From the NCBI GenBank assembly GCA_030583725.1, contig CP129472.1, positions 206,958-270,957 on the forward strand: 64,000 bases of DNA, read 5' to 3'. The translations under genes were made by a program, and so were the position numbers. Origin of the DNA: a bacterium. Lineage in GTDB: Bacteria; Patescibacteriota; Microgenomatia; UBA8517. This document shows, piece after piece, positions 60,625 through 64,000 of the stretch. The notes below the pieces were generated by a model. The model was not told where the DNA came from. It was given only the letters and a program-made list of their open reading frames with translations, and made no database searches. Numbering within the stretch: the stretch's first letter is position 1; every line of letters begins with the position of its first letter.

Positions 60625-61914
60625 TACTTATATTCTAAACTATCCAAGTTGTAGTATCCAGCAATACAGGAAGACACCCAACCTTTATTTTCTGCAAAAC
60701 CATCAAGCTTGCCCACAGGTTTTAATTCTCCGACATTAACAACTGATCCTTTTGGTGCATCTATTAACTTTTTTTCAATTACATCCCACGAAACAGCATA
60801 GTTTTTAATTTCGTTATGCACACTTCCCCACAAGTTGTTAACTTGAAAAATTAGTAACAAAACAACAACGAATAAAACTAATTTAGATAGAAAAGTAGGT
60901 ATATATCTAGAAAATATCTGAAACAGAGAAACAGAAAAAGGGATTAATGTATAAATAATCATATAGTTAACAATTGTCATAACCCTCATTGGTGGTTCCC
61001 AATTCATTGATTGATAGACAAGGCCAACAACTATAAAAATTATACCTACTATAAAACCAACAGAACTAAATAGTACAAACTTAGGGTTACTAAAATATTT
61101 TTTACTTTTGTCCAAAACAACGAAGGATCCAAAAATAATTACCAAGACAGACATTATAAATTCTTTGATATACAAAAGATGAACTAGATACCATTTAGAG
61201 TATAAAAATGTTTTATAAACTAAGTCCATTAAACTGTCAGGATGACTTACAGTTGCACTTCTAACAGCGTTTCCAGGGGCTAGGTACATAAGACCAAGAG
61301 ACAAAACAGTTGACAAAACACCAACAGCCAACAGTCTACGATTCTTGAATTTACCTAGAATAAAAAATAAATAAATCAAAAATAATAATAAAGCCACTCC
61401 AAAACTTTCAGAAAATCCAACAGCTATGAAAATTAAAACAAAACCAACCAAATTTGTATATTTTTTTCCTTTTTTAAACAATAAGGCAAGATAGAAATTT
61501 AAAAAGATAAATGGTGCAAAGTAATTTAATGAACCAGTCATCCAATAAAAAGACTGGATAATATTAGGGGAAACAATCAAAAAAAATAACAGTTAGAAGG
61601 AGTGCAATTGGCAAGCCAAAAACTAAATAAAGTGAGACTGTAAACAAGACAAAAAGTATTAGAGGTAGGATATTAACAAAGTTCTGACCTAAGATTTCAG
61701 CTAAACCTGTAAAAAAAGTTGCAGAGAACCTTCCTGTCCAGCTGTTCCACCATATTATTTGAGACTGCCAGTAGCCATTGTTACGAAGTAGGACAGAAGA
61801 ACAAAAATCATCTGCCCAGTACCTAACGTAACTACTGGTGTTTAAAACATAGAAACTAGCTACTAAAAATAAAACTAAAACTGGAATTGATATGTACCAT
61901 TTAACTTTTTTCAA
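60624..61914 (-). pseudogene. Membrane protein split into two ORFs (61564-61914 and 60624-61580) at an A8/T8 homopolymer
   Basis: With T7 instead of T8 the sequence reads through as ..TVIFLIVSPNIIQ..; the downstream ORF otherwise needs a TTG start. Confidence 0.45.
61579..61586. repeat. A8 homopolymeric tract at the frame break
   Basis: aaaaaaaa directly at the ORF junction. Confidence 0.9.
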
Positions 61915-62966
61915 ACTATATAATATGTATTTGAACCTGATCCTACTTTCTTCAATATTTTTATTTCAACTAATTTTTTAAGCTTATCCTGTGCAGTCCT
62001 TTTTGGTATATCTAATATCTTTACAACTTCATCGCTTGTAATTTTTCCCATGTTAACAGTGAAGTCAACGATTTTTAACTCATCTTTATTTAAAACTGCA
62101 GATGCTTTGGAATTATTTGAAAAAGAGAGTACCAAATCTTTAACTCTATATGACTCGAATAGAAAGCCTTCAATAAAATATTCAAGCCAGCCAGTTAAAT
62201 CTACATTTATTCTAGATTTATAACTTGTACCAGTTTGTAAGTTTTCATAGTATCTCTGCCTATCGTTATTATAAAAGTCTTCAAGAACCAACGACTTCTT
62301 AAATACATATCCTTTCTGGTATAAATATAATAAAGTTAGAAGTCTAGCTGATCTACCGTTACCGTCAGTAAAAGGATGTATGGATACGTATTGATAATGA
62401 AAAATACCTGCTTTAATAATTGGATGTATATCATCTACTTTATATAACCATTCTAATAATTCACTGATCAATTTCTCAACTTGATCAAACTTTGGCGGAG
62501 TATATACAAGCTCTTCATAACCTGAAGGTAAAACATTGACAATATAGACTGGGCCTTTCCTAAAAACGCCCACTTTGTTTAAATCTACCAATCCTACTGT
62601 TACTGACTTATGGATATTTAGTATATCTTTAGATTCAAAAAAATCTTTAGAGTCATGTATATTGTCAACTAATTTTAATGATTTTAGATAATTTGTAACT
62701 TCTAGTATTTGGGTGTCTTCAGCCACAACTTTTTTACCATCAACCAACATTTTAACTTGATACTGATCAAGTGTGTTTCCTTCAATACTGGTAGATGAAT
62801 GAGCCATGCCAATCGTAGCTACTTTTTTAAGAAATATCTCTCTAGCTGGTGTAATTTTACTTTTTTGGATCAAAGAATTAATTTCTGAAATAGTAGTGAT
62901 ACCAGATAAAATCTTGTCAGTAATGATATATTTTGGATTAAACATAACACAATTATTATACCACAT
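61911..62966 (-). CDS. fic: Fic-domain protein with N-terminal inhibitory motif (class II-like) and C-terminal HTH-like region
   Basis: HPFTDGNGRSARLL Fic motif; upstream SSTSIEGN matches the (S/T)xxxE(G/N) inhibitory helix; first ATG is at 62966, alternative at 62945 (the ORF-track TTG start at 62996 is unlikely). Confidence 0.8.
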   Translation of the reverse strand: MWYNNCVMFNPKYIITDKILSGITTISEINSLIQKSKITPAREIFLKKVATIGMAHSSTSIEGNTLDQYQVKMLVDGKKVVAEDTQILEVTNYLKSLKLVDNIHDSKDFFESKDILNIHKSVTVGLVDLNKVGVFRKGPVYIVNVLPSGYEELVYTPPKFDQVEKLISELLEWLYKVDDIHPIIKAGIFHYQYVSIHPFTDGNGRSARLLTLLYLYQKGYVFKKSLVLEDFYNNDRQRYYENLQTGTSYKSRINVDLTGWLEYFIEGFLFESYRVKDLVLSFSNNSKASAVLNKDELKIVDFTVNMGKITSDEVVKILDIPKRTAQDKLKKLVEIKILKKVGSGSNTYYIV

Positions 62967-62996
62967 CGCGCAGACATCGCGCAGATCCTCGCGCAA
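62964..62996. repeat. GC-rich tandem 11-mer CATCGCGCAGA x2 plus a degenerate third copy, in the fic/NYN divergent intergenic region
   Basis: catcgcgcaga catcgcgcaga tcctcgcgcaa; GC-rich against AT-rich flanks. Confidence 0.85.
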
Positions 62997-63097
62997 TGAA
63001 CTGTTGCGATTTTTGCAACAATTGACAAATAATTCGATTGTGCATAATTTGTATATTACCTTAAAATAACTATTTTAAAAACATAAATATTTAGAGT

Positions 63098-63637
63098 ATG
63101 TTTAATATAATGGCTAAATCTAGTAAAAGAAATGTTGTATATGCATTTATTGATAGCCAGAACTTAAACCTAGGTACTTCAAAGGATATTTTCAAAAGAA
63201 ACAAATTAATATATAAAGGTTGGAAATTAGACTTCAATAAATTTAGAAAATATCTTAAAAATAAATTCAAGGTTGAAAAGGCATTTTTGTTTATTGGATA
63301 TATTCAACAAAATGAAAAACTATACCAAGCTTTAAAATCATATGGCTACATCTTAGTTTTCAAACCAACTGTAAAAGATGACCACGGTGTTGCAAAAGGC
63401 AACATTGACGCGGAAATAGTCCTACACTCATGCGCAATTGAATACAAGAACTATAACGAGGCAGTAATTGTGTCGGGGGACGGCGACTTTTATTGTTTAC
63501 ATGAATTTTTAGTAAATAATAAAAAACTACGTTCAATAATTATTCCTAACAGAAAATCTGAATCATCACTACTAAACAGATTCCAAAATTACAAGACTTT
63601 TCTTATCAGAGACAAGGAGAAGGTTGAATATAAGTAG
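63098..63637 (+). CDS. NYN-domain (LabA-like, PIN-related) putative ribonuclease
   Basis: YAFIDSQNL and VSGDGDF blocks; TTGACA-N15-TGCATAAT promoter at 63022-63048. Confidence 0.7.
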   Translation: MFNIMAKSSKRNVVYAFIDSQNLNLGTSKDIFKRNKLIYKGWKLDFNKFRKYLKNKFKVEKAFLFIGYIQQNEKLYQALKSYGYILVFKPTVKDDHGVAKGNIDAEIVLHSCAIEYKNYNEAVIVSGDGDFYCLHEFLVNNKKLRSIIIPNRKSESSLLNRFQNYKTFLIRDKEKVEYK

Positions 63638-63722
63638 TTTCAAAAAAATAAAATGGGAGGCGTAGCACGTTGTCACACAGACAGGTGGTCGTTTCTCCCT
63701 GATGATATATCTGTATTATACA

Positions 63723-63953
63723 CTACTTTGTCAATTTTTTAACAAGAAGTATTGCCCTACCACTTTCTCTTTCATAATTGTCATTAGCACTAAATTCATA
63801 TTCACCTACAAATTCATAATCAGTTAAAATTGTTTGACTTTCTGGGTTTTCAAAAATTTCTCTCCAATTTTCCCCCATATAATAATTTTCATCGTCCATC
63901 TTATATGAAGTTAAATAGATAGCATCAATATTTTCAGATACTGGTAAAATCAT
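63723..63953 (-). CDS. Hypothetical acidic small protein
   Basis: ORF only; lies near the window edge. Confidence 0.3.
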   Translation of the reverse strand: MILPVSENIDAIYLTSYKMDDENYYMGENWREIFENPESQTILTDYEFVGEYEFSANDNYERESGRAILLVKKLTK

Positions 63954-64000
63954 GTCGGGTTCCAGGGGAAACCAAATTGTTTTTCGTTCACCATACCAAC

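Noticed and set aside
63655-63689. Hairpin GGGAG..(25 nt)..CUCCC between the convergent NYN gene and the small minus-strand ORF, as a bidirectional terminator
   Set aside because: The stem is only 5 bp with a long irregular loop and no flanking U-run on either strand.
1-64000. Alternative genetic code (UGA recoding, as in Gracilibacteria/SR1) explaining the split genes
   Set aside because: The long essential genes (ileS, ftsZ, mur genes, glyQS) are full-length under the standard code. The three splits are explained by single-base indels in homopolymer or GGG runs.
1-64000. CRISPR arrays, IS elements or transposases
   Set aside because: No regularly spaced direct repeats with unique spacers were found. 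No DDE, serine or tyrosine recombinase-like ORFs were found. The only tandem repeats are the heptamer at 33811, (TGG)5 at 5628 and the 11-mer at 62964.

Overview
This window is low-GC (about 30-33%) and mostly coded on the minus strand. Its gene content looks like a compact genome, possibly Patescibacteria/CPR, but that lineage call is inference. Reading in the minus-strand direction, it holds rpmA and rplU, a GC-rich foreign-looking ORF, and rodA, then ileS preceded by a short translational T-box leader with an AUC (Ile) specifier. Next comes an unusually decorated division/cell-wall (dcw) cluster: ftsZ, ftsA, ftsQ-like, murG, ftsW, mraY, a FemAB-family transferase, a DegT aminotransferase, an alpha/beta hydrolase and a murF-like ligase. 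Next is a mid-GC divergent pair of unknown genes. The cluster resumes with pgeF, murI, murD, a translationally coupled Bro-N/DinD-like gene, a murC-murB fusion, an opposite-strand kbl-tdh pair, yvcK/glmR, a murE-nucleotidyltransferase fusion, murA, ftsI, ftsL, rsmH and mraZ. After glyQS, a cupin gene and recO comes a roughly 24.5 kb surface-glycan island. The island contains a DUF4012 protein, an initiating sugar transferase, manC, six GT4 and two GT2 transferases, several GT-C membrane transferases, a Wzy/O-antigen-ligase-like protein, a hexapeptide acetyltransferase and a Wzx flippase. Three genes in the island are interrupted by single-base frame breaks (one GT4, one P-loop kinase, one membrane protein). 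The window ends with a divergent Fic (class II) / NYN gene pair separated by a GC-rich tandem repeat. No rRNA, canonical tRNA, CRISPR array or transposase was recognised. Every homology call rests on motif recognition by eye; no searches were run.
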